Assembly (NCBI GenBank): GCA_013265495.1
Contig: MU061579.1
Coordinates: 6,982,124-7,046,123, forward strand
Source: Vicugna vicugna
Lineage: Eukaryota
Reading direction: 5' to 3'
DNA: 64,000 nucleotides
The notes below the pieces were generated by a model. It saw only the letters and a program-made list of their open reading frames with translations. It made no database searches and was not told the origin of the DNA. The position numbers were made by a program, and so were the translations under genes. Numbering within the stretch: position 1 is the stretch's first letter; every line of letters begins with the position of its first letter. Of the stretch, positions 23,501 to 34,850 are shown one piece after another.

Positions 23501-25000
23501 GTTTCTGTTTCTGGTGAAGTCAACCAGTATATTTATTGATTCTCTGCTATATGGAACTACTTGTTTTCCTCTGTGCTCAGAATTTTCTGTCTTTGGCTTT
23601 CTACACTTTTATTGTCATGTGTCCAGGTATGAACCTCTTTGTATTTATTTTACTTGCATGTTGTTGAGCTTCTTGGATGTTTAAATTAATATTCTTCATC
23701 AAATTTGGGAAATTTCAACTATTATTTCTTCAAGAATCTTCCTACCTTTGCCTGTTCTCTCCTTTTCTTCTGGGACTCCTTCATGTGTTTGTATACTTGA
23801 TGTCCCACAGGTCTGTAAGGGTCTGTTTATTTATCTTTATTCTCAGCTCTTCAGATTGGGTTATTTCTATAGATCAACCTTCAGTGGCACTGATTCTTCT
23901 GCCGTTTCAAAGCTGTTATTACTTTCTAGTGAATTTTTATTTCAGTTATTAAACTTTTCAACTCTAAAATTCTTTTTTTTTTTTATAATTTCTCTCTCCT
24001 CCCTGATGAACCGTATTTGTTTATTCATTGTTGTCATACTTTCCTGTAATTCATTGAATAGAATTTCCTTTACTTCTTTGAACATGTTTATACTAGCTTC
24101 TCTGGAGCCTTTGTCTGCTCTAAGAGCAGAGAACATTAGAGATGGTTTCTGATGACTGTTTTTCCATAAGTATGTGTCACACATCCCTGTTTCTTTGCAT
24201 GTCCCATAATTTTTTGTTGAAAACTCGATAATGTAGCAACTCTGGATTCTGGTATTTTCCTGAAGATTATTATTGTTGCTGTTTGTTTGTTTCACTCTTT
24301 GTTAATTTGCCTGAGCTAATTCCATGAACTCTGTCTTCCCTGTATTATTCTTCCACTGACATCTCTGTTCAGTTTGTATATAGACAAAGACATTGGTATT
24401 TTTTTGTTTGTTTTAGTTTTCAGCCCTGGTATTCTAAGAGTCATCCCATATGTCTGTATTGGTTGATCATGACAGGTTGTGCTCAACCACTTTGTCAGTG
24501 AGTCTTTTGTTCACAATTTATGAATCCCTGTATGGGGTGGGTAACACATTAAAACCTTAGGTTATTTAAAACTGTGCTCTGACCTTTATTTGGGCCCTAT
24601 GTGTATTTGCATAGCCTTAAGTTTGGTTAGGAGTGTGAATAGCTTGGATTCTCTCTGGTGTTCTTTGCATGTGCATGTAATCTCAGCCATAATTATGCTT
24701 TCCCCAACCATGACTGTATCCTCAGGCTAGTAGAACTATTTGGCCCTTCCCGCTTGCCCACTGTTGAGATCATTATTTCTACCAAACATGGCACTGGGAA
24801 TGGGCATTGCCCACCAGTCCAGATCAAGTCAGGCCCTTTACCTGCAGCAGATAAATGCCAGCCCCATGGCCTGGCCTGCCCTGCCCTAGCAGAACCTCCA
24901 TGTCAGCCTTGCTGGCCAACAGCAATTGTGGGACGCCAATAATTGTAAGTGGCATTTCTTCAATTATGCAACTAGAAATTGATGAAATGTGGTTATATCA
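20570..25000 (-). mobile_element. Old eutherian L1 (L1M-class): 3'UTR and ORF2 end (20570-~22550), then ORF1 and 5' region (~22560-25000)
   Basis: ORF2 remnant YPCSWIGSLNIVWMSIMSIFILTVHRIPIKIPAGCF (21984-22181, -); ORF1 coiled-coil remnant ASINMFKEVKEILFNELQESMTTMNKQI (23942-24295, -); L1M 3'UTR motifs at the left end. Confidence 0.85.
22690..22963 (-). mobile_element. 5'-truncated L1 3' end (L1MA9-like) nested in the older L1
   Basis: tttattgagatatataattaacatat...cttgtgatgagaacttttaagat...; TSD taaactatattt (22678-89) / taagctatattt (22964-75). Confidence 0.85.
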
Positions 25001-26500
25001 GTTGGGAAAGCAGCAAAGCAGCACTTACCTGAATCCTAAAATGCACTGCTGCTTGTGTGAGGGTTTTGATCATTCAGCTATCCCCTGAACCTTCATGGAA
25101 ATGAGCCCCCACTTCTTTGACCATTTCAGTGTAGTTAAGTGGACCCAGCCATGACAAGAGAAAATAGGCTATTTCCCAAAACATGCACACCTGCAAGGTA
25201 AACATTTATTTCATTTTCTGACTTTACTACCATCTTTACCCATCCTATTATGGGCATTTGTCTTTACAGCCCCCTCCCTGAAAAGAGCAGGGCACACAAT
25301 CCATCAGTTTTGTTACATGCAGCTTATTGAGCCCCCTGAAAAAGATACTGTTATTGTCAATTCTGTAGAAAAACATTAGGACAAGACAGACTAAAACTGA
25401 CTTAGTGTAGGTTTTGTACCCCCATTGCATTTGGTCATTTAGTATAACATCCAAAATAATGGCCACAAAAAAAGAAGACAGAATGCAAAGGAAGATGATA
25501 ATAAGGTGGAGAAATGCACACAGTTAATATCAAACCATATTTTTAAATAGAGAAGATGTAGAATTCACTGCTAAGCTTTTATGGGTTTTAGGTCTATTTG
25601 TGGCTAGGAGCTTTATGATCACTTTGTTTTACAGATTTCTAGCTCCATATTTTTATTGTTTACTTTCTTCTTGAATATCAGTCCCTTTGGAAGCCAAAAT
25701 AAACAAAAATAGGATAAAGCCTTTGGTGGAAAATCCTTCTCACCAAATGCAAACACTGATTTACGAACAACAATAAGCTGTTGTGTAACAGTAAGACCGT
25801 ATCTGCAAAAGAAAAAAATTAACATAGTAATTTGCTGTATACTTTCGTAATTCCATGATGAGTCTTCAGAAACACTGTGTAGACACAGAAGTTCATTCAA
25901 GTAAATCAGTTGCTTATTCCCAAATGTATTTTAAAGTTGCTTTAACATCTGGACTAGATTGCAAGAAATACACAGTGAAAAGTAGAAGCGTTTCTACTAT
26001 ATCTGTAGCAACTCAAAAATTATTTTACTTTATACTTCTTGTTAATGGCATGTTTGTAAGTCTATTTTGAAGTCTTATTCACTGAAAAAAGACAAAAAAA
26101 AAAACTTCAGTTACAGCAAAATCTCTTTTGTAGAATTTACTGCTTTGTATTCAAATTCTGTTATAACCTGTAGCCAATTTTCAGCATGGTCAGCAGAATA
26201 AAATCAAGGGAAATTATGCCTCTAAAAAGCACAAAAACAAAACCAAAAAGAAAAACAAGAAACAGAAAATTATCCCTAAGTTATGGCAGAGATTTTTTTT
26301 CTTTTGAAAGAATTCCCTGAAGGAAAAGAGTGAATAGAGAAGGCTTTATCATTTCAGAGCTCATGGAGAGATTTATAGAAGAGTCATTTAGGAGCAGTGA
26401 GGGAAAAACAGATGGGTCCCAACTGGACATAAAAGAGGAGAAGTAGTTGCTCTCTGGCTGCGTGGTTGTTTTATGGTTCTCCCCTCGCGCATCACAGTAC

Positions 26501-26948
26501 TGCATCAGTCAGGGATCCAACAGGTAACAGATGGCACACTCAAACTCGCTTATTTCTAGAGGGTTTAAGAAACGGACTTTCAGTTTCAGCAAAGGTGTGG
26601 GAAAAGTGGAGAGAAATTACAGCGCACTGGGACCACTAAGAACAGAGCTGTTATTACCCCAGGTCCAAAGGACTCAGAAGAAAGTATATTTACAAGTCCT
26701 AGAGAGAAGGCCCTCTTGAGGGGATCCTACAGAGCAGGAACCTGGGGAATAAAGACCCTGATTTCTCTTTCCTTTCTGCCTCTGGCCTCACGCTGTGGCT
26801 CCCAATGTCTACACATCACAGGAGGCTGGTAGACTTCCAGGGGACCCATTGATGCAGTTTGTACAGATCATCCTCAGGCTGGGGGAGAAAGGAGGTAGAG
26901 AAGGATGAGGAGCGGACCTGGAGGGGCAAAAGGAAGACAGCTGACCCA
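26501..26948 (-). mobile_element. ERVL solo LTR (LTR41-like)
   Basis: TG...CA ends; tcagtcaggg..gatggcacactcaaact..., ccattgatgcagt..., gacctggaggggcaaa. Confidence 0.65.
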
Positions 26949-27414
26949 TGTGCTGTTGTAGAATGCTGCTCTTATGCAACTTATAGTCCAGTGGGGAGAC
27001 CTGGTTAAAAACAACCACAACAAAATTAAATAGAAACACCGAAGAGAAAAGCATCAATACAGGACTCTAATCCAAACTTTTTAATGAAGGACCTCCCTCC
27101 TATCTCAGATGAGCCACCCAAAGGGTTTCCCCATGAACAGTCTGTGGTTCCCCTCCTCTTTGAACTACACCAAGTATTTCTGGGACCAGTTGAGTTAGTA
27201 GAATTCTCCGTTTTTTAAGAAGCTACTATGTGCCAGACATGTTTAAAAACATAATATATATTTTATATATTAAGTTGGTTAAATAAAGGACTCAGTTCCA
27301 ACCCTCAAGGATGCAAGGAAAGAAAGGCACCTCTAAACAATGTCTGGATGGACCTATCAAGGGAGATTAGAGCAGACCCACTGGGAGGAGGGGGACTGGG
27401 ACTCATTGCTCCTC

Positions 27415-27570
27415 TTAAGCACTTTATATGTATAAATTCATTCTTCCTGTCATGAACCCTAGAGGATCCATTCTTTTACCATCCTCGTTTCCCATGTGGA
27501 AAAACTGAGGCACAAAGAGTTAAATGCCCAAGGTCAACAGTAAGTAAGTAATGGAGGTCCAATCTAAGCT
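27415..27570 (-). mobile_element. MIR SINE
   Basis: taagcactttatatgtataaattcatt...aaactgaggcacaaagagttaaatgcccaaggtca. Confidence 0.75.
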
Positions 27571-28240
27571 AAGTACTGTCCCATTACATTGCCCTCCCGG
27601 CCACTTCCCAACCCTGAAAGGTAACAAAAGGAGGAAGGGCAGAGGAGGGAAAGGTCATTAATGACAATAGCTGTCGTTTAAGGAGGACCTAGAGGCATAC
27701 CTTGGAGATACTGTGGGTTCCATTGCAGCCCACCACAATAAAGGGAATATCTCAATAAAGCCAATCAGGAATTTTTTAGTTTCCCATGTGCATATAAAAG
27801 TTATGTTTACAAAATACTATTGTCTGTTAAGTATGCAGTAGCATTATGTCTAAAAAAGCCATGTACGTACCTTAATTAAAAAATACTTTGTGAAAAAAAT
27901 ACTTTATGGCTGAAAAATGCTCACCATAATTTGAACCTTCAGCAAGTCTTAATCTTTTTGCTGGTGGAGAGTCTTGCCTTGATGTTGGTGGCTGCTCACT
28001 GAACAGGGTGATGGATGCTGAAGGCTGGGGTGGCTGTGGCAGTTTCTTCAAATAAGACAGCAATGAGGTTTGCTTCATTGATCAACTTTTCCTTTCACGA
28101 ACAAGTTCTTTGTCACCCACAGTGCTGTTTGATAGCATTTTACCCACGATAAAACTTACAAAAATTGGAGTCAGTCCTCTCAAACCCTGCCACTGCTTTA
28201 TCAACTAAGGTGATGTGTAGTATTCCAAATCCTCTGTTGT

Positions 28241-28765
28241 TGTTGGGGGAAACACAGTGGGCCAGTGTCATGAGTGACAAAAGAATTTCCCAGAGGCAAG
28301 GAGAAGTTTAAGAACAAAGGAAAAGTTTAATAGATATGCTGCTACAGGCAACAGTGGGCCACACAGACGAGAGGTACCTGGGTGAGCGCTGAGGTAACGT
28401 GCAGAGTCTTTTACTGAGGAAGGGGCTGTGGACACAATGGGATGGGGAACAGATTTCTGACTGGCTGTAAATAAGGTGAAGGGCTTTGGTATATGGGAGA
28501 ACAGTGGGTTTATGACTCCAGGAAGATGTTGACATGAGCTGACACAAAGAAGGCAGTGGAACTTACGACTCCAATAAGGAGAGGACGTGGGCTGTGACAA
28601 GTCAGCCTGAGCTCCAGTGAGGCTAGCCATTCCCCAGGGCTGTTAATTCTGCCAAGGCAAACACACGTCAGGACTTTATCTTCTGAAGAAGAGCAGACAG
28701 ATGCCTAAGGGCTGGAAGTTGGGGGTGGGGGTCACAGGCCTCAGCAGGCACCAGTTGACACCGCA
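28241..28765 (-). mobile_element. ERVL-type solo LTR (MER74/MER73-like) nested in Tigger1
   Basis: 525 bp, TG...CA; perfect 5-bp TSD GTTGT (28236-40 and 28766-70); Tigger1 sequence resumes seamlessly across it; minus-strand ATTAAA near the left end. Confidence 0.8.
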
Positions 28766-29093
28766 GTTGTCACTTCAGCAGGCTTCACAGCATCTTCACC
28801 AGGAGTTAATTTCCATCTGTAGAAACCACTTTCTTTGCTCTTCCATAAGAAGCAGCTCTTCATGCGTTAAATTTTGGTCACAAGATTGCAGGAATTCAGT
28901 CACATCTTCAAGCTCCACTTGTAATTCTGCTTCTCATTATTTCCACCACACCTGCAGTTCCTTCCTCTGCTGAAGTCCTGGACCCCTCAAAGTCATCCAT
29001 GAGGATTGAAATCAAGTTCTTCCAAATTCCTGTTAATGTTGATATTTTGACCTCTTCCCATGAATCTTGAATGTTCTTAATGGTATGTAGAAT

Positions 29094-29706
29094 TGTTAGG
29101 CAGTTAGATAGAAATGAACACCGGGCAGGGGGAGAGGCAGGGGAAAGAAACAACCCAGAAAATAACAGTAGGTCTGCACTCAGGATAAGGGACTCCAGAA
29201 ACTTTTACTTTCCCTAAATGAAGACCAGCCAAAAAAGCCAGCTAAAATCAAAACGCTGCAGCTGCGCGTAAGAGAGAAGGACCCAGTGAAACCTGACCCA
29301 ATGCTCATTACAGTGTAATTAACATTACAGTCTGAGCCCCCTCCCTGGGGTTTCTCTGTACTTCATGGGTAAGAACCTGCCACAAAGCGGATGGGCGTGT
29401 CTGAGCACAAGGAACCTGAGCTGTCAGTCAGCCAGAGCACAGGGAACCTGAGCCCGTAATCAATCAATCAATCACAAAAGCGCCCCTAAGCCAGGACATG
29501 AGATGGAAAAACAAAGGAGCAGCGCCATTTTTCCTCTCTCAGATTGGCCCGCTCCCAGGTCTCAGGAGTGTACTATTCTTTTACTATCTTTTTACTTTAC
29601 TGATAAAAATCTTGCTTATATCATTCTTTCTGTCTCTTGTTAAAACTTCTTTTTTTGGGGGTGACTAAGAACCAAGATAATTCTTATTTCCCTCCTCCCG
29701 GTAACA
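29094..29706 (+). mobile_element. ERV1-type solo LTR nested in Tigger1
   Basis: 613 bp with TGTTA...TAACA inverted ends; U5-like pyrimidine-rich tail (ggagtgtact..cttgct..aagaacc); Tigger1 continues on both sides. Confidence 0.8.
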
Positions 29707-29808
29707 TTACGGTGAAGAATCTCTAGAATGTTTTCAATTGGCTTTGCCCAGATCCATGAGAGAAAATCACTATCTATGGCAGCTGTAGCCTTACAAAATA
29801 TACTCCTT

Positions 29809-31825
29809 TGGTGATTATTTGTTCTTTTTTTCCTTCCATTTTTATTGAGACATGAGACATACAGAGCTAGAAATTGAAGGTGTTCAGCATACTGATTACC
29901 TCAGGAAATAATTATCATAATAAGTTTCGTGAAAATGCATCATCTCATATACATACATAAAAATTAAAGAAGTAGAGAAAATTTTTTTCCTGTGATGAGA
30001 ATGTTTAGGATTTACTCTCAACAACTTTCGTATGTAACATACAGCAATGTTAATTATATTTATTATGTTGTACAGTACATCCCTAGTACTTATTTACCTA
30101 ATAACTAGAAGTTTCTACCTTTCACTGCCTTTAAATCCAATTCCCCATCCCCCCACCCTATCTCTGGTAACCACAAATCTGATCTTTTTTTCTGAGTTTT
30201 TGAAGTGTAATTGACCTACCAAACTGTGTTAGTTCCTGTTACACAACATAGTGATTTGCTACTTCTATACATTTCAAACTGATCACCATGGTAAGTCTGG
30301 TTACACTATGTCACCACACAAAGATATTACAGTTTTTGACTGTATTCCCCTCACTGTACGTTTCATACCTTTGTGTCATTTACTTTGCAGCTGGAAGTTT
30401 GTACTTCTTAATTCCCCTCACCTATTTCTTTCCTCCCCCTACACCCCACCCTTATGGCACATTATCTCTTTGTTCTCTGTATTTATGACTCTGTTTCTAT
30501 TTTGTTATGTTTGTTCATTTGTTTGTTTCTCAGGTGCCATTTGTAAGTAGAATCATGCAGCATATGTCTTTCTCTGTTTGACTTATGTCACTTAGCATAA
30601 TAGCCTCTAGGCCCATCCATGTTGTTGCAGATAGCAAGATTTCATTCTTTTTTATGGCTGAGTCATATGCCATTGTATATATACATACCACGTTTTCTTT
30701 ATCCATTCATCTATTGGTGGGTACTTGGATTGCTCCCATATCTTGCCTATTGCAAACAATGCTACAGTGAACATAGGGGTACATGTATCTTTTATTATTA
30801 GTGTTTTCATTTTCTTTTGATAAATATCCAGAAATGGAATTGCTCAGTCATATGGTAGTTCTATTTTTCATTTTTTGAGGAATCTCCATAGTGTTGCTCA
30901 TAGTGGCTGCACCAGTTTACATTCCCACCAACAGTGCATGAGGGTTCCTTTTCCTCCACATCCTTGCCAGTACTTGTTATTTGTCGTCTCTTTGATAATA
31001 GTCTTTCTAACAGATGTGAAGTGGTATCTCATTGTGGTTTTGATCTGTGTTTCCCTAATAATTAGTGCTGTTGAGCATCTTTTCATGTGCCCGTTGGCCA
31101 TCTGTATGTCTTCTGCAGAAAAATATCTGTTCAGATCTTCTGCTGATTTTTTGATCAGGTGGGGTTTTTTTATGTTGAATTGTAAGAGTTATTTGTATAT
31201 TTTGGATATTAACCCCTTATCAGGCAGATAGCTTGCAAATTTCTTCTCCCATTCAGTAGGTTGCATTTGCATTTTATTGATAGTTTCCTTTGCTATGCAG
31301 AACCTTTTTAGTTTGATTAGGTCACTTTTGTTTATTTTTGCTTCTGTTTCCCTTGCTAAGACCAATGTCAAAGAGCTTACTGCCTATGTTTCCTTCTAGA
31401 AGTTTTATGGTTTTAAGCCTTACATTTAAATCTTTAATCCATTTTGAATTTATTTCTGTGCATAGTGTGAGAGAGTAGTCTAGTTTGATTCTTTTACATG
31501 TATCTGTCCAAATGTGGTTTTCCCAACAGTGTTTATTGAAAAGGCTGTCTTTTCCCCATTGTGTATTCTTCCGTCCTTTGTTGTAGATTAATTGCCTATA
31601 TAAGTTCATTTCTAGGCTCTCTGTTCTGTTCCATTGATCTGTGTGTCTGATTTTTTTTTGCCAACTACCATACTGTTTTGATTACTGTAGCTTTGTAGTA
31701 TTGTTTGAAATCAGGGAGCATAAGTCCAGTTTTATTCTTTCTTAAGACTGTGTTGGCTGTTTGGGTCTTTTGTGTTTCCATACAAATTTGGGGATTATTT
31801 TTATACTTACCAAATGTTCTCCTTT
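29809..31825 (-). mobile_element. 5'-truncated laurasiatherian/artiodactyl L1 (~2 kb: 3'UTR plus ORF2 C-terminus) nested in Tigger1
   Basis: ORF2 remnants [32 protein letters not shown]..., [49 protein letters not shown]-rich tail at the left end. Confidence 0.93.
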
Positions 31826-34499
31826 AGAGGAATCACTATCTATGGCAGCTAGAGCCATATAAAATGTATTCCCTAAATAATAAGTCTTGCAAATCAAAAT
31901 TACTCATGGATCCATGAGCTGCAGAAAGGATGTTGTGTTAGCAGATGTGAAAACATTAATCTCGTTGTACATATCCATCATAGCTCTTGGGTGACCAGGT
32001 TACCTTATCAATGAGCAGGAATATTTTGAAAGGAATATTTTTTTTTCTGAGCAGAAGGTCCCAATAATGGGCTGAAAATATTCAATAAATGATATTGTAA
32101 ATAGATGTGCTCTCATTCAGGCTTTGTTGTTTCATTTATAGAGCACAGAGTAGATTGAACCTAATTCTTAAAGGCCCTAGGATTTTGAGAGTAATAAATG
32201 AGTATTGGCTTTAACTTAAAGTCACCATCTGTGTTAGCCCCTAGCAAGAGAGTCAGCCTGTTTGAAGCTTGGAAGCCAGGCATTGACTTCTCTCTAGCTA
32301 TAAAAGTCCTAGACGGCATCTTCCTCCAATGTAAGGATGTTGCATCTATGTTGAAAATCTGTTGTTTAGTGAAGACTCCTTCATTAAAGACCTGAGCTAG
32401 ATCTTCTGCATACCTTGCTGCAGCTTCTACATCAGCACTTGCAGCTTCTTTCCCGAAACCTCCTGAACCAATCTCTGCTGGCTGCAAACTTTTCTTCTGC
32501 AGCTTCCTCAGCTCTCTCAGCCTTCACTGAATTGGAGAGAGTTAGGGTCTTGGCTCTGGATTAAGCTTTGCCTTAAGGAAGTGTTGTGGCTGGTTTCATC
32601 TTCTTTCCAGGTCACTAAAATTTTCTCCATATTAATAGTGGCTGGGCCTGTTTGCTTTCTTATCATTTGTATGTTCACTAGAGTAGCACTTTAGATGTCC
32701 TTCAAGAACTCTTCTTTTGCAATTACAACTTGTTAGCTGGTGCAAGGTACCTAACTTTTGGCCTATCTCAGCTTTCCACATGCCTTCCTGACTAAGCTTA
32801 ATCACATCTAGCTTTGGATTTGAAGTGTGACTCTGCCTTTCACTTGAACACTTAGAGGCCATTGTAAGGTTATTAATTGGCCTGATTTCAGTATTTTTGT
32901 GTCTCAGGGAATAGCGAGGCCCAAGGAAAGGGGGAGAGAGGAGGGAATGGCCAGTTGACAGAGCAGTCAGAACAGACACATTTATCAAGTATATTGTCAT
33001 ATGGGTGAGATGTGTGGCTCCCCAAAACAATTACAATAGTCACGTCAAAGATCACTGATTACAGATCACCTAACAAATATAACAATAATGAAAAAGTTTA
33101 AAATATTGTGAGAATTACCAAAATGTGACACGGAGACATTGTCTGCAAATGTTGAAAAAATGCTGTCGATAGATTTGCTCAAAGTAGGTTTGCCACACAC
33201 CTTCAATTTATAAAAACTCGCTGTATCTGTGAAGCAAAGGACAGTAAAACAAGGTCTGCCTTACTGTGTCCCAGCATTCTGTTAACCACTTTTACTCTTG
33301 TAACTAAATAAGACCTTCCAGGACTAAATAATTAATGTTTATTTAATATTTTCAAAACCACCTGTCCTATAAATAGGTTAAAAGCATGGAGTAATGATTC
33401 TCTTAAGTCTCTCGATTTTACTGGGTACCTTCACCCATCAGTCGTACATGATGATACAGTAAGAGTCATCACTGCTTTAGAACAGATGTTATAGACTAGT
33501 AAGATCAATATAAAAACTTACATTATGCTATATTTTTACTCTGTCCTATTATCTAATATTTTAATCATGATTCATATAAAATATTTTTGTTTTAAGCTAA
33601 TTTATGGATATAAGAATCATAACTAACTTAAGCTCTCACCTTTTTACAAACTCCTTTACACAAATACAGTAACATTCTAAATCAACGTGGTCTGACTAGA
33701 CATAGCTTGGTAAATTTTCTGGAACATTGATAATTCTGTAGGGAGAAATAGAAAGACCTGTCTTTTCCTCATGTACACTGTCTCTGGGAATTCTCTTCAA
33801 TACAATGGGTGTAACGTTGCTTATCTCAGGCAATATTTTAGAGCAGTTATGCATAGACCTTTAGTTTTCAATAGCATGTTAATAGTCTCTCAGTTTAAAA
33901 TTGCCAGCATATTTTTTATAGAAGCCACAGTTCTTTTAATGGAAGGCTATTAAAATGAAAAAAAAAATCTCAAGACCTTCAGTATAGCATATGTAACATA
34001 CTGCTCAGACTAGAAAATATATATATTGTTTATAAACTGACCACATTATAACCATATTTTATTTCCAAAGTAGGAAAAAAATTGCGGATAACAATGGTTT
34101 TTCTCCCCTAAACCTGCTTTATCTCCTGGCCTCGAAGTAATTTAGGTGCTTAGGAAAGCACGTTAAGAACTTTAGTCTATGCAGACGCTGGTTCTTGCAC
34201 AAGTGAATGCAGTTTGGGCTGTAAAAATAGAAAAGCCCTCTCTCTGTTAAGCGTCAGTAATTCTTTAACTCAGACCCATTGCCCTTCTAATCAGTCTAAA
34301 TCCTTACACAGTTTGAATTGTAGAAATATTCGGGGGCAGCTCCATCGTTCGTACTCACCACTTGTTGGATTTGTATTTGGCTCCAGCTATTATGCTAGTC
34401 ATGCTCGCATAGCATCTCTCTGTTTTTAGGTTCTAAGGCATTGGCTTCTCCTTTCCTGCGTTCTGCTTATATGACACTTAGTGATATTGTGGGTAAAGT

Positions 34500-34850
34500 T
34501 GCACCATGAGTGTCCTTGGAGAAACGATCTCTCAAGGCTCCCGTTTTCATAATTGTATCGTAGCTCCTCCTGTTAGGGTTGTTGTGAGAAATTAATTGAC
34601 AAATGTCAATGATGTAATTATAATAGGTACCCTTTAATTAATGCTTACCCAGGACCTTGCATGATTACTAAGTTATTTTCAGATTATTAGAAAGACACTA
34701 CTATTACTCCTGTTTTGCTGATGAGGAAACCTAAGCTCAGAGTGGCTTAGTAACTTGCCCAGTGTCACACAGTTGGTGTGTGGAGGAGGCAGAACTCACA
34801 TCCTCTCATCTGCCTGATTCAGAAGCTTCAAGCCAGTTGCTGTGCTGCAG
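34500..34850. mobile_element. Two MIRs tail-to-tail (+ at ~34500-34615, - at ~34620-34850)
   Basis: tagggttgttgtgagaaattaa; then gatgaggaaacctaagctcagagtggcttagtaacttgcccagtgtcacacag. Confidence 0.7.

Larger units (their letters stand above)
27692..33261 (-). mobile_element. Full-length Tigger1 DNA transposon (dead), interrupted by three later insertions
   Basis: TA|gaggcataccttggagatactgtgggtt at the left end and aaaacaaggtctgcct|TA at the right end (TIRs plus TA duplication). Transposase remnant [95 protein letters not shown] (32161-32487, -) and C-terminal KKLPQPPQPSASITLFSEQPPTSRQDSPPAKRLRLAEGS (27872-28078, -). Confidence 0.95.

Noticed and set aside
30875..31609. L1 ORF2-like ORFs (also at 49418-50718 and 54915-55339) as functional genes
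   Set aside because: These are short, frameshifted fragments of 5'-truncated L1s; the opposite-strand ORFs are the familiar antisense-L1 artefacts.
32161..32487. Tigger transposase ORF as a domesticated TIGD-type gene
   Set aside because: The transposase is split by stops, frameshifts and three insertions; it is a decayed Tigger1 copy.
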